NCBI RefSeq assembly: GCF_006345805.1
Contig: NC_043006.1
Location: forward strand, 48,732,001-48,796,000
Reading direction: 5' to 3'
Source of the DNA: Octopus sinensis
Taxonomy: Eukaryota
Length of the DNA stretch: 64,000 nucleotides
Each line of letters starts with the position of its first letter. Position 1 is the stretch's first letter. This document shows, one piece after another, positions 25,944-37,448 of this stretch. A model generated the notes under the pieces. That model saw only the letters and a list, made by a program, of their open reading frames with translations. It made no database searches and was not told the DNA's origin. A program made the translations under genes and the position numbers.

Positions 25944-26424
25944 TTAACCCTTTTGTTACCATACTTCTGTTGAGATGTTCTGTATTTCTTTCAATTAATC
26001 TTAAATATAACAAAGAATTTAGTAAAATAACTTCATTATCATTAAGCTGATGTTAGGAGCATAAATTGTGACTAAGGTTTGTTGGAAGATTTTTAATTCA
26101 AAACTTATGAAAACAAGATATTTGTACTACAGAGCCAGAGGTGGTTTCAGCCAGGTTGGTATCAAAAGGGTTAAGAATTGTTACTCTATATATTTTGACC
26201 CTTTCATTACCAAATTTCTGTTGAGATGCTCTGTGTTTTTTTCAATTAATTTTCAATATAACAAAGAATTTAGTAAAATAACTTAGTTATCATTCAGCTA
26301 GTGTTAGGAACATAAATTGTGACTAAGGTTTGGGGTTAGATTTTAATTCAAAACTTATGAAAACAAGACATTTGTACTACAGAGCCACAGGCGGTTTCAG
26401 CCAGGTTGGTAACGAAAGGGTTAA
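25944..26424. mobile_element. Tandem dimer of MITE family F
   Basis: Copies 25944-26174 and 26195-26424 joined by a 20-nt linker. Confidence 0.8.
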
Positions 26425-26490
26425 TATCCATCCTCCTGGAATATCAAAAAATACCTTAGGAATGAGAACTCATGTTCAAAATTTCCCCAA

Positions 26491-26536
26491 AACACCTGAT
26501 GAAAGCTGGAGGGTATATCAGCCGAAACGTTGTGTT
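26491..26536 (+). ncRNA. Minimal type I hammerhead ribozyme motif (Penelope-like element type), probably impaired
   Basis: AACAC-CTGATGA-aa-GCTG(loop)CAGC-c-GAAA-CGT-T-GTGTT: helix I 5 bp, intact core, helix II 4 bp, palindromic ACGT helix III. Confidence 0.65.
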
Positions 26537-26719
26537 AACAACAAACAAGATAAGGACGAATATCCGTCAAATGGAAATAATGTGCATTCCCTTGTGTTTG
26601 TGTGATCAGTTATATGTCTTGTGTAAGAACTCAAATGCAACTAACTCATAAAATTTCATAGTTGCAAACCCGTCCATTTTCAGTTCCTGAAATGTTTTCC
26701 CTGTTCTGTTCTTTTCCAG

Positions 26720-27034
26720 AGATTGACCTCGCTACTCCAATGATGCCTCCAGTCGGATTGAAAACAATTGTTCTATCATCTCAAACAATTGTACTCACAT
26801 GGACTGACTCGACCTTGAGTCGTGCTCAGCGCATCACGGATAATCGTTACTACACGGTACGCTACTCACCTGTCTATAACAACAAGAAGTATCGCTACAT
26901 CAATTCAACAGACCTCAATGCACACATAGACCACCTGAAACCAAATACACAGTACGAGTTCTCAGTGAAAGTTACCAAAAACCTTCGTAAGAGTACTTGG
27001 AGCATGAGTGTCGTCAACACAACTCAGGAATCAG
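26720..27034 (+). CDS. NEO1: Neogenin/DCC exon: FN4-FN5 linker and FN3 repeat 5 (EIDLATPMMPPVGLKTIVLS...STWSMSVVNTTQES)
   Basis: Acceptor cttttccag, donor G|gtaaat; TPM.PPVG, LKPNT.YEFSV and STWSM motifs are characteristic of the family; phase 1-1. Confidence 0.96.
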
Positions 27035-27077
27035 GTAAATAGCATTTGATTGTTGTTAATTAACAGCAGTAAATTTT

Positions 27078-27520
27078 AGGATTGTATGGTAAGAAGTTTG
27101 CTTCCCAATCATGTGGTTCTGGGTTCAGTCCCACTGCATGGCACCTTGGGCAAGTGTCTTCTATTAATACTGTAACCTTGAACTGACCAAAGCCTTGTGG
27201 GTGGATTTAGTCAGTGGAAACTGAAAGAGACCAGTTATATACATATGTGTGTGTATTTGTGTTTGTCTCTCACCACTGCTTGACAACCGGTGTTGGTGTG
27301 TTTACATTCCTGTAAGTTAGCAGTTCAGCAAAAGAGACTGATAGAATGAGTACCAGACTTGGCGGTTCGGCAAAAGAGCCCAATAGAATAAGTACCAGAC
27401 TTAGCAGTTCGGCAAAAGAGACCGATGGAATAAATACCAGGCTGGAGCATAAACAGTACAAGGATCAATTTGTTCAAATTCTTCAAGGTGGCCGCAGTCT
27501 AATGTCTGAAATAAGTAAAA
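27078..27520 (+). mobile_element. CORE-like SINE (family B) with an internal 42-bp unit triplicated
   Basis: Family B head and core; 42-bp unit at 27317, 27359, 27401. Confidence 0.75.
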
Positions 27521-28111
27521 GATTAGTGTATGTGTGTCTGTGTGCATGCATGCGTGCCTCAACTGCTATGGTTGAATGGTTAAGAAATTTGTTTAGGTGT
27601 GGGCATGGCTGTGCGTTAATAAATCTGTTTAGGTGTGGGCATGGCTGTGTGTTAAGAAATCTGCTTCCCAACCACATGGTTCTGGGTTCAGTCTCATTGC
27701 ATGCAACCTTGGGCACGTGTCTTCTACTATAGTGGTGGGCCAACTAAGCCCTAGTGAATAGATTTGATGGGTGAAAACTGCAAGAAGCCCATTGTATGTG
27801 TGTGTGTAAGTGTTTGTGTCCCTTTGTCTTGACAACACGTGTTAGTTGTAAAAGTGTGCTACTGTCATGCAGGCAATGCCATTCATTTCTAATATTCTGC
27901 GAGAACATGTGTGATCATGAAGAAATATTATCTTGCTTGGAAATAGGTGAGGGTTGGTAACAGGAAGGGAATCCAGCTTTGGCATAGATTTTGCGGTTGG
28001 ATGCCCTTCTTGATGCCAACCACTTTCCAGCATACACTGGGTGCTTATTTTCATGCCGCTGGCACCAGTGAAGTTACTATGCTGCTCACAAGACTATAGA
28101 ACCTGTAGAGG

Positions 28112-28505
28112 TAAAGCGGCAAGCTGGCAGAAACGTTAGCATGCCAGGTGAACGGTATTTCGTCTGCTGCTACATTCTGAGTTCAAATTCCGCCGAGGTC
28201 AACTTTGCCATTCATCCTTTCAGGGTCGATTAAATAAGTACCAGTTATGCACTGAGGTCGATATAATCGACTTAATCTGTTTGTCTGTCCTTGTTTGTCC
28301 TCTCTGTGTTTAGCCCCTTGTGGGTAGTAAAGAAATAGGTATTTCGTCTGCTATTACATTCTGAGGTCGATTTTGCTTTTCATCCTTTCGGGGTCGATAA
28401 ATTAAGTACCAGTTACGCACTGGTATCGATGTAATCAACTTAATCCATTTGTTTGTCCTTGTTTGTCCCCTCTATGTTTAGCCCCTTGTGGGCAATAAAG
28501 AAATA
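28112..28505 (+). mobile_element. Dimeric family C SINE inside a 14-bp TSD
   Basis: Head-body-tail plus a second headless body-tail; TSD AGAACCTGTAGAGG at 28098-28111 and 28506-28519. Confidence 0.85.
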
Positions 28506-28706
28506 AGAACCTGTAGAGGGGGGGGTTATGCAATGAGATGGTAGTGGGGTGTTAAAGTATGAAAGCAGGGGAGGAGAGGTAAGGAGGTTTACCATTTTTG
28601 TTTCCTAATTAAGAAATTATTATTAATCATTGTAATGGAAGACGATAAGAAGGGAGAAGAATAAAGTTGAATTTCTGTTGATTAATGTTTGCTATTGATA
28701 TTTCAG

Positions 28707-28814
28707 CTCCTGGAGGTATACCCCGAGATTTAACCCCAGCTCCAGTGGAGGGTAACCCACTGTCTATTACATTAAGTTGGCAACCACCACCACGACCAAA
28801 CGGTCAACTAACAG
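28707..28814 (+). CDS. NEO1: Neogenin/DCC exon: N-terminal part of FN3 repeat 6 (APGGIPRDLT...SWQPPPRPNGQLTG)
   Basis: Acceptor atatttcag, donor G|gtcagt; AP...P.DLT and WQPP...NG.ITG motifs; phase 1-1. Confidence 0.95.
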
Positions 28815-30182
28815 GTCAGTACCTTTTTTTTTCTTTTTCTTTTTGTTCATCTAGAACCTACCGGAACAAGCAATGGGGAAATGGAATCCTTTTAAAACCA
28901 ACCTGCCGCAGATCCACTGGCATTGTTAGAGGAGTGTGTGCTACTACAAGGGGAGAGGAGTGTATAGCTCTTAATTTTTCTGCACCCACCTGGGCTCCCA
29001 AGCCTGGCTAAGAGATCAGATCCCAAAAATGCCACCCCCTTAAAGCATCACTTAAGGCAGATCCCACACCCTACTTTTCTAGCTACCCTATACTGAGATT
29101 GCCTTTGGTTCTACGATACAAACTTCCTATTTTAAAGTGATCTAAATTAAAACCTTCCATTAAAATTTCCTGTTCGTTTATCTCAAACACCAGCTTGATA
29201 ATGACAGAATTAGTTTAATTAATTATTCATTATTTTATGATAACAAAAGGGTTAATTTGTTCAGTTTGGTTTTTCATTTTTTTCTATCAAAAATACATCT
29301 GGATATTGTTCAGCTCACCCCACTAATGTCACTCTGTCTGCCACAACGACCCAAACTTGGCTATATTTAGTTGTGTAGTTAAAAAAACTTGCTTCACAAC
29401 TGCATACCTTTGGATTCAGTCCCACTGCATAGCGCTTGAGCTAGTGTCTTCTACCGACCTGTCTGTAAGTCAACATGAGTGGCCACATTCTGATGCACGT
29501 CATACAAACACCGCAAATGTACAGCCGTGCATAAGCACTTAAGCTGCATATGCAGCAATGCAAGATATTGCTATTGCTTGGCTTGAGGCTGCCAGGGTTG
29601 ACTTTGCCTTTCATCTTTACAGGGTCAATAAAGTAAGTACTAGTTAAGCACTGAGGTCTATGTAATTGACTGACCCCTCCACCAAAATATGAGTATTCCT
29701 TGCAATCACAATATAGAGGCGAAAGAATTTGACAAGATCAGTAGATATAAAGACTTGCTAATAGAAATTGAAAAAATGTGGCATCTCAAGGCAACTACAG
29801 TACCAGTGATTGTAGGATCTCTAGGAATGATTTAAAAAAAGGTACTGAAACTTATTTGAAAATGATACTAGGCTTACCATCCCTACAGGAAGTGCAAAAT
29901 ATTGTGTAAACTGGAATGACTCATGTACTGAGAAGAGCATTATCACTGTGGAAACAACATCCATTCATAAATTTAGTTATTAATTTTTTAAATACATCTT
30001 TTACCTGTGAATTTGCATGTGTAATCTGGGAATGCATAGAATGAGCTTCTCTGCCCTAGGTGTACAGAAAACACTCGGTGAGAAATGGATGAAAATTTGA
30101 AGAAAGAAGTGGTGGGGAGATAATAATAATAGTAATATGATGATGATGTTGATGATGTATTCCTTCTTCTCTATCTTTGCAG

Positions 30183-30377
30183 GCTATTTAATTTTCTACA
30201 CCACCGATTCCCACCAAGACGACCGAGATTGGGTTGTGCACAATGTCGATGGAGACAAACTGTCCTCCACAATCAAAGACCTCACCCCAGACACAACTTA
30301 TTTTTTCAAAATGCAAGCTCGCAACAATAAGGGATATGGTCCAATGTCCCCTACTGTTGTGTACAGAACATCAAAAG
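30183..30377 (+). CDS. NEO1: Neogenin/DCC exon: C-terminal part of FN3 repeat 6 (GYLIFYTTD...DRDWVV...YFFKMQARNNKGYGPMS...RTSK)
   Basis: Acceptor ctatctttgcag, donor G|gtaaat; DWV, YYF..QARN.KG.GP.S motifs; phase 1-1. Confidence 0.96.
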
Positions 30378-31334
30378 GTAAATAGCTTCATTAATCCGAT
30401 ATCACAGGGATATATATATACATATATATATATACACACATACATTAGCTGGTGAGGATTAGGGATTTTTCAGAACGCATGTTATATGTTATTAGTACAT
30501 AATGTGACTATGCAAAATTATCTGTATTGATGTTGTATTAATTGTATTGTATGTGTGTCTGTTTATATTTGTACTTCTGTAGTAATTTTAATATTCTAAG
30601 CATTGACAATAACAGTTGATTTAATAAAGATAATTATTTTAATTGTTGATCATTAATTAAAAGAAAGAAGAAAAAAAAGAAGAAAAGCCAATTTAAAAAA
30701 AATTTTTTTTTTGAAATTTTTTCTTTCTCCACTGTAGTTTCATTTAGAGTCTAGTTATAATTTTAATTGAAATAGCTTTGATAATGAACTGTTTACTAAG
30801 AATAAATCTTCTATAATATAATTAAAGAAATAAGTCGTTATCAGTATAATAATTAGTTGAAGTTTTAATATTGCAAATGCCACATCTATTTACAATTCAT
30901 TGTTTTCAAAATAAATGATGCTGTTTGTCCCAGCTTGAAAGCTTACTGCTTTTCTATTTAAATAATAATTCCCCTCTTTCATTATGATTCTATTCATATA
31001 AATTATATAATCACATTCTGATCTTTCACACAAACCCTCTCCCAGGCTTACATTTTTCATAATGGTAATTATGTACTGTAATATCTGACTAATATATCTA
31101 ATGTTAAAGTATAAAACTATTCATGAGGGTTATGGGTAATTTATTCAACAGTATAGGGACAGGGAAATGAAAAGTGATAATTTTCATCATGATCATGATG
31201 ATGCATTAGATATTAAATATTTAAGAGTTACTCTCCAATATTGATATCAAAATATCACAATTAAGTTAATGACCACAAATTAGTTGGCCCATTATCTTGT
31301 ATCGTTTATTTTTGTTTTGTCATTGAACTGAAAC

Positions 31335-31909
31335 CAGTAAATATTTGCTGAAGGGATTTTAGCTCAACAAATCGACCCCGGTACTTATTTTAAAATCTGA
31401 TGTTTATTTTATAGAGCTCTTTTGTTGAACAACTAAGTTACAGGGGCATAAACAAACCAACACCAGTTTTCAAGCAGTGGTATGGGACAAACACAAAGAT
31501 ACATACACATATATCTACATATATATATATATATATTTATTATATAAAATCCGTTCTGTCTGTCTTTGTGTGTGTCTTCTAGGATCTCGAGCATCCTCCA
31601 TCCAATTGCACTCAAATTTGATACGTAGATACTGACGGTATCAGGGCGTGTATAAGTCTTGAAAAATTTACAAAAATCGATTCCAGATGAGAATGCGATC
31701 AATAAAGCCATGGAACATGCATTTGTAAAATCGAATAGAAAAAAAGTTCATCTTTATTTCTTCTTTTGCTGGTGTCTCAAATTTAAGTTAAATCAGTGTT
31801 TCTCAAAGGGGAGGCCTATGGGGTGGTCGGACAAGTTGTTTTGAGAAAATTTGGTTTAAATGTTTGACAACTCCATTGGACGGTGGGGGGGGGCGCTTTG
31901 CTCGTATAC

Positions 31910-31969
<60 letters not shown>

Positions 31970-32115
31970 GCTTCCTCACAGTTTGCATCTGCCATATTCA
32001 CTAACAAGGCATTGGTCACCTTAAAGTTATAGTAGAACACTCTTGCCCAAGGTGCTGCAAAGTGAAACTGAACCCAAAACCGCATGGTTGCAAAGTGAGC
32101 TTCTTAAGCACACAG
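31335..32115 (-). mobile_element. Family B SINE split by an insertion (about 31530-31900) with possible non-autonomous Helitron-type and hAT-type fragments
   Basis: SINE 3' part 31335-31500 and 5' part 31965-32115; insert begins TATTATATAAAATCCGTTCTGTCTGTC and later contains CAGTGTTTCTCAAA. Confidence 0.55.
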
Positions 32116-32371
32116 CTGTTCCTGATGAATTAATCATCATCATCATCATCAACTACAGCGCTTTCAGGAAGAATACACTGGAGTCGGTTGCTGTTGCTTC
32201 TTTCATGCTATAGGAAAAATTTTAGACTGTTTGAAAATGTGAAGAAACACATCATATTGCTGGAATGTCTTTTATTGAAATCGACATCAATGTGAGGGAG
32301 GGGCATGGCACTGACTAAGTATTCCAAGCAGTTCATCTTGGTGAGCTGGTCTTTTGCACACCAACCCTCAT

Positions 32372-32620
32372 TCGACCCCCTGTAATTCCTTGCCGACCCA
32401 AAGGGAGTCTCTCAGATCCCCTTTGGCGACCCCTGGTCTAGATGGTCTTTCACACGCTGACCCCCATTCGACCCCTTGGCTATCATCGACCCCCCTGTAA
32501 TTCCTCGCCGACCCCTAGGCGGTCTCTCAGATCCCCTTTGGCAACCCTTGATCTAGATGGTCTTTCGCATTCCGATCCCTTGGCTATCATTGGCCCTCTG
32601 TAATTCCTCACCGACCCCCT
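32372..32620. repeat. Degenerate GACCC-rich tandem repeat, 103-115 bp period
   Basis: TGTAATTCCT anchors at 32381, 32496, 32599. Confidence 0.8.
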
Positions 32621-34908
32621 TTGGTAATCCCTGTTGTAGAGTGAAGCTACATGGCTTGGTGGTTAGGGTATTCAATTCATGATCATAACATTGTGAGTTC
32701 AATTCCTGGTGGTGCTTTGTGTTGTTGAGCAAGACACTTTATGTTACGTTGTTCTAGTCAACTGAACTGGCAAAAATGAATAGTTGCAGTATTTCAAACA
32801 GGCTGGTTTTATCACACTCTGTGTCGTATGCATGTCTATGGAGCGCTCAACCACCTGCCCATTAATTTCACAAGTAGGCTGTTTCATCGACCGGATCAAC
32901 TAGAACACTCATTGTTGTAACTGACAGCACTATGACATGTAGAAGAGGTGGAAGTGAGATAGAAATAATGGTGATGGGGTGTCCAGGTCAACACTTGGAG
33001 ATAGAGGACCCAAGAGATTGGATGGGTGGTGGCTGCAAAAGTGTACAGGGAGAGTGAGGGATGGGGAGGTTGGTGATAATTGTAAAGACTGGGTAGGGTT
33101 GAAAGGTAAATGTGAATGATGGATAAAGGATGGAAGATGACCAGTGATGCACGAATTAGGGAAGGTGGAGGCATAGTAAATGACCAGCAGTGCAGAAAAA
33201 AGGATGTGACAAGAGCAATAGAAAAATAAGGATAATGTCCTGATGGTTACAAAATACAGTAAAATATAAATAGAATTTAAAAGATACACGTGAAACAAAA
33301 GAATTAACTTCGTCCATAGCCACTGCCTTCGTCTCCTTTACATTTGACCATCTTAGGAAATTACCCTATGAGAATTCAATAGAAATCTTAGAATCTAGGA
33401 CGCCCTTACTGACAGGTCGCCACGACGTTCTGCGCCCTCACGCAATACACTTTGGGCGAGTGGTTCTCAACCGAGGCTCACAAGATTTTGCTTTTTAAAT
33501 ACATGTGCAATAAAATGGTTATACTAATACAATATACAAAATATTTTTAAATAAAATTCCCAATATTATATTATTATAATAATATAATGGGACTTCTTTA
33601 AGCATCGAATATCTACCGAGCTCCGTTCGAGTAAAATAGAAATTAAAGGGTTGATAGGTAAAAAAAAAAGGGGGGGGGTTGATAGCCATTGCTATTAGGC
33701 CTTTGGCGTTATATATAACTTTTTAAAGTGACGGAGGTTGAAATTTCGGACTTTTAAATTTTAATTTTTAAAGGTCATGTCCTGGAAAATACGGATATAT
33801 TAGTAACTATATACTACACCAACCGGCTATACACGGTAATACTATCATTCAGAAAATTAGCCCCTTAGGAAGCAAGTTAATTCCTTGAAGAGTGAAGTAC
33901 TATAAAGAATATTTCCAATCACACACCTATAAAAGCAATTAACTCTTGTTTGCGTTGACGGATTCTTTAGAGCGTCGGACAAAATGCCTTGCGGTATTTA
34001 GTTATGGCCCTTTACATTTTGAGTTCAAATAGCGCCGAGATCATGTACTAAAAAACATTTCGAATGTGAATGGAGTTACGATCGAGCCCCGAGTCGTGTA
34101 ACTTTAAAAATAAAAATAAAATAAAACAGCAGTTGTCAAGGGAAGTAACTCAATGGTCGATTAGTTATCTCCCTTTTTATGTAGTGTACTTTAGGATTAA
34201 AATTTTTTTTTTCCTCCCACCTCTAAAACTGAAATATCAAGCACGCTTGCCTGCGATCATATTTGCTACTTGTACTATATGTATGTCTTCCTGCTTCATT
34301 AACCAATGCATGTTTCCTTTTTTTTTTTTTTCACTCGTCCAACTTCATTCACTACACCAAACTCTTAGCTGGAACATCTGCCTTTCTACCCTTCTCTTAG
34401 TTGCTTTGAATAAAGACCCACAGGCTCCACTTTCTTTTAAAATAGAATAAAAATGATTCAAATGAACGTATTCCATTCTCGGAACCTCATCAAAATTACA
34501 AACAATTCAGTAAATATTTTGAATATGTAGCAATCACTAAATCGTTTTATAACTGCGATTATAATGATTCCACAGAAATATACAAACACACACACACACA
34601 ATGAACATTTGAAAGAAATTTTAGAGAATTGCTGAGATCAACACTTAGATTTTGTCAATTCTTATTTTATTGACTTCTAAAGGAAAGTAGAATAAAGTCC
34701 TAGAGGAAGTAAGACTACCCATTTGAATACGGAACCATTTTTATCTAGTAACAGCGCGCCATCTGTACCAAATATTCCAAGCAATGTTTCCCAACCAAGA
34801 TTCCTTGGAATGTTGATTGTAGTTCCACAAGAAGTTGTCATAAATAGAGGAATTATAGGCAAATGCAATTTTTACCATTTTTGTGTTTAATTCTATTTTC
34901 ATAACCTT

Positions 34909-35165
34909 AGGCGTGGCTATGTGGTAAGAAGGTTGCTTCCCAACCACATGGTTCCGGGTTCAGTTCCACTGCATGGCACCTTGGGCAAGTGTCTTCTACT
35001 ATAGCCTCAAGCTCACACCAAAGCCTTCCAAGTGGATTTGGTAGACAAAATCTGAAAGAAGCCCGTCATAGGTATATGTGCATGTGTCGGTTTGTTTCCC
35101 CACCATCGCTTGACGACCGATGTTGGTATGTTTACATCTACATAACTTAGCAGTTCGGCAAAAGA
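34909..35165 (+). mobile_element. CORE-like SINE (family B), 3'-truncated
   Basis: Family B head and core, ends at CAGTTCGGCAAAAGAG. Confidence 0.8.
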
Positions 35166-35535
35166 GTCATTTGATTGTGGCCATGCTGGAGCACCGCCTT
35201 TAGTCAAGCAATTCGACCCCAGGACTTATTCTTTGTAAGCCTAGTACTTATTCTATTGGTCTCTTTTGCTGACCCACTAAGTTACGGGGATGTAAACACA
35301 CCAGCATCGTTGTCAAGCGATGTTGGAGGGACAAACACAGACACACACACACATATATATATATATGTCTATACGACGGGCTTCTTTCAGTTTCCGTCTG
35401 CCAAATCCACTCACAAGGCTTTGGTTGGCCCGAGGCTATAGTAGAAGACATTTGCCCAAGGTGCCATGCAGTGGGACTAAACCCAGAACCATGTGGTTGG
35501 TAAGCAAGCTACTTAACACACAGCCACTCCTATGC
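35166..35535 (-). mobile_element. CORE-like SINE (family B), inverted and abutting the previous copy
   Basis: Near full-length reverse copy. Confidence 0.85.
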
Positions 35536-36320
35536 CTATTTATATCTTGTTAATGACATGTGCCCATTGCAAAAATACATAACTAGAAATAGCTAAATCC
35601 AAATAGCTCTAAAGTATCATATCATTGATATTAAAACCTACTTCTGTTATTATCAGTAGCAGCTTTGTGACTGACAAGTAATTCATTGGATCACAACAGT
35701 GCTGAATTCACTTTCTCTTGTAAATAAAATTTCTTATGCTGTAGACTACATTCTCTCCCTGGGATTTGTTTTCTCTTCCACTTAATGCTACTGAAACTAG
35801 GAGACTAATATTTACATGAATTCCTTTCATTTGAACAAGAAAATATCAGCTTCAGCAATTATAAATCAATTTGGCTCAAATATCTAATATAGGAGTTTCA
35901 TTAATCGATATATTAGTCTAAGATTTCGACTCATTTCATCTTTACTATCTAATATATGCATTCGCCTGTGAGATTGGATAAGCCTTTAATGCATCAAATG
36001 CTTTAACACCAGCACTGTTCCTTAACTAGAGAACCTAGGCTTCAATCATTTCTCTATCTGATGCTGAAATGTAAACATTTACACAAAATCCCACAGTCTA
36101 TCAACAAAGTTCTGCTGGCACTTTATTACTTCTTACTCACAATTGTGCAATTGAAGAAAGGTATAAGCTTCTAAAGATTTTATAATGCTCAGCTGGAGCT
36201 CAGCATTTTTCAATGTTAACTCAGAAGCTCATTCAGTAGAAATTTGGTCATCTTCTCAAGTCATCTTAACCAGGTTGTCTTTTGCAAAGTGATGACAGAA
36301 ATTGGGTTAAATTGGGTTTT

Positions 36321-36765
36321 AAGGCGGCGAGCTGGTAGAAACATTAGCACACCGGGTAAAATGCTTAACGGTATTTAGTGCCAGGCGAGACGCTTAGCGG
36401 TATTTTGTCTGCCGTTACGTTCTGAGTTCAAATTCCGCCGAGGTCGACTTTGCCTTTCATCCTTTCGGGCTCGATTAAATAAGTACCAGTTACGCACTGG
36501 GGTCGATATAATCGACTTAATCCGTTTGTCTGTCCTTGTTTGTCCTCTCTGTGTTTAGCCCCTTGTGGGTAGTAAAGAAATAGGTATTTAGTCTGTCTTT
36601 ACATTCTGAGTTCAAATTCTGCCAAGGTTGACTTTGTCTTTCATCCTTTCAAGGTCGAAAAATTAAGTACCAGTTGCATACTGGGGTTGATGTAATCGAC
36701 TCGATCCTTTGACTGTCCTTGTTTGTCCCCGCTATGTTTAGCCCCTTGTGGGCAATAAAGAAATA
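36321..36765 (+). mobile_element. Dimeric family C SINE inside a 15-bp TSD
   Basis: Same dimer junction as 28112-28505; AGAAATTGGGTTAAA at 36297-36311 and 36766-36780. Confidence 0.82.
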
Positions 36766-37328
36766 AGAAATTGGGTTAAACAGGGTTACTCTTTGTTCAC
36801 GCACTGACATACCTGAAACCCATAAAAAAAAAACTTGAACTTGGCATTACTATGCTAAATGATTTGTTCTACTCTGAGCACAAGGCCCGAAATTTTGGGG
36901 GAGGGGGCCAGTTGATTAGATCAACTGCAGTACACAACTGGTTCAATATCAACTCTATCTGTTCATATATCAGCAAAACCAGTTCTACACTTACACTTAC
37001 ACTTGAACTGGAGTCATTTCTAAAATTCCTAAAATTATTCCAACTTGTTGAATCAATCTTTTGAAATTTTACCCATTCAAAAAAAAAAAAAATTTTTTTT
37101 TTCTCTTTCTTTAGCTTATTGCCTGTGTGAGGTTCCACATACTTATTTGTCTTTTCCTGTCTATTCTTTGCACATCACCTACCTGGATCCCCTTCAATCT
37201 ACCTAAAACTTCTACACCCCCCTTTTTTTTTAATTCCTTGGTGCTGCCATTTCCCTTCTTTTGAATGCCTGTCTGTCTGTCTTTTGTATAATTGCATTGT
37301 ATCTGTTGTCTTTTTTCCGTTTGGGTAG

Positions 37329-37448
37329 CTGATGGTACTGGTGGGGGTTTGGTACAAGTCCCAGACTTGCCTCCTGATATTCAGCAATTTGACTTCAAGT
37401 ATAAACCAGGCCGCAGTTTTTTACCTCCCGACCCAAATGAGCCAAGAG
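37329..37448 (+). CDS. NEO1: Neogenin exon: proline-rich extracellular stalk (ADGTGGGLVQVPDLPPDIQQFDFKYKPGRSFLPPDPNEPR)
   Basis: Open 120-nt phase 1-1 segment between a weak acceptor (ttttttccgtttgggtag) and a strong donor AG|gtaagc; joins both neighbouring exons in frame. Confidence 0.78.

Noticed and set aside
27317-27442. Regular repeats that could look like a CRISPR array (also 63723-63910)
   Set aside because: No unique spacers; tandem units inside eukaryotic retroposons; no cas genes.
28815-29011. Open-frame extension of the FN6 exon (ORF 28685..29011)
   Set aside because: A canonical donor at 28815 joins the next FN6 exon in frame; the extension is low-complexity and repeat-derived.
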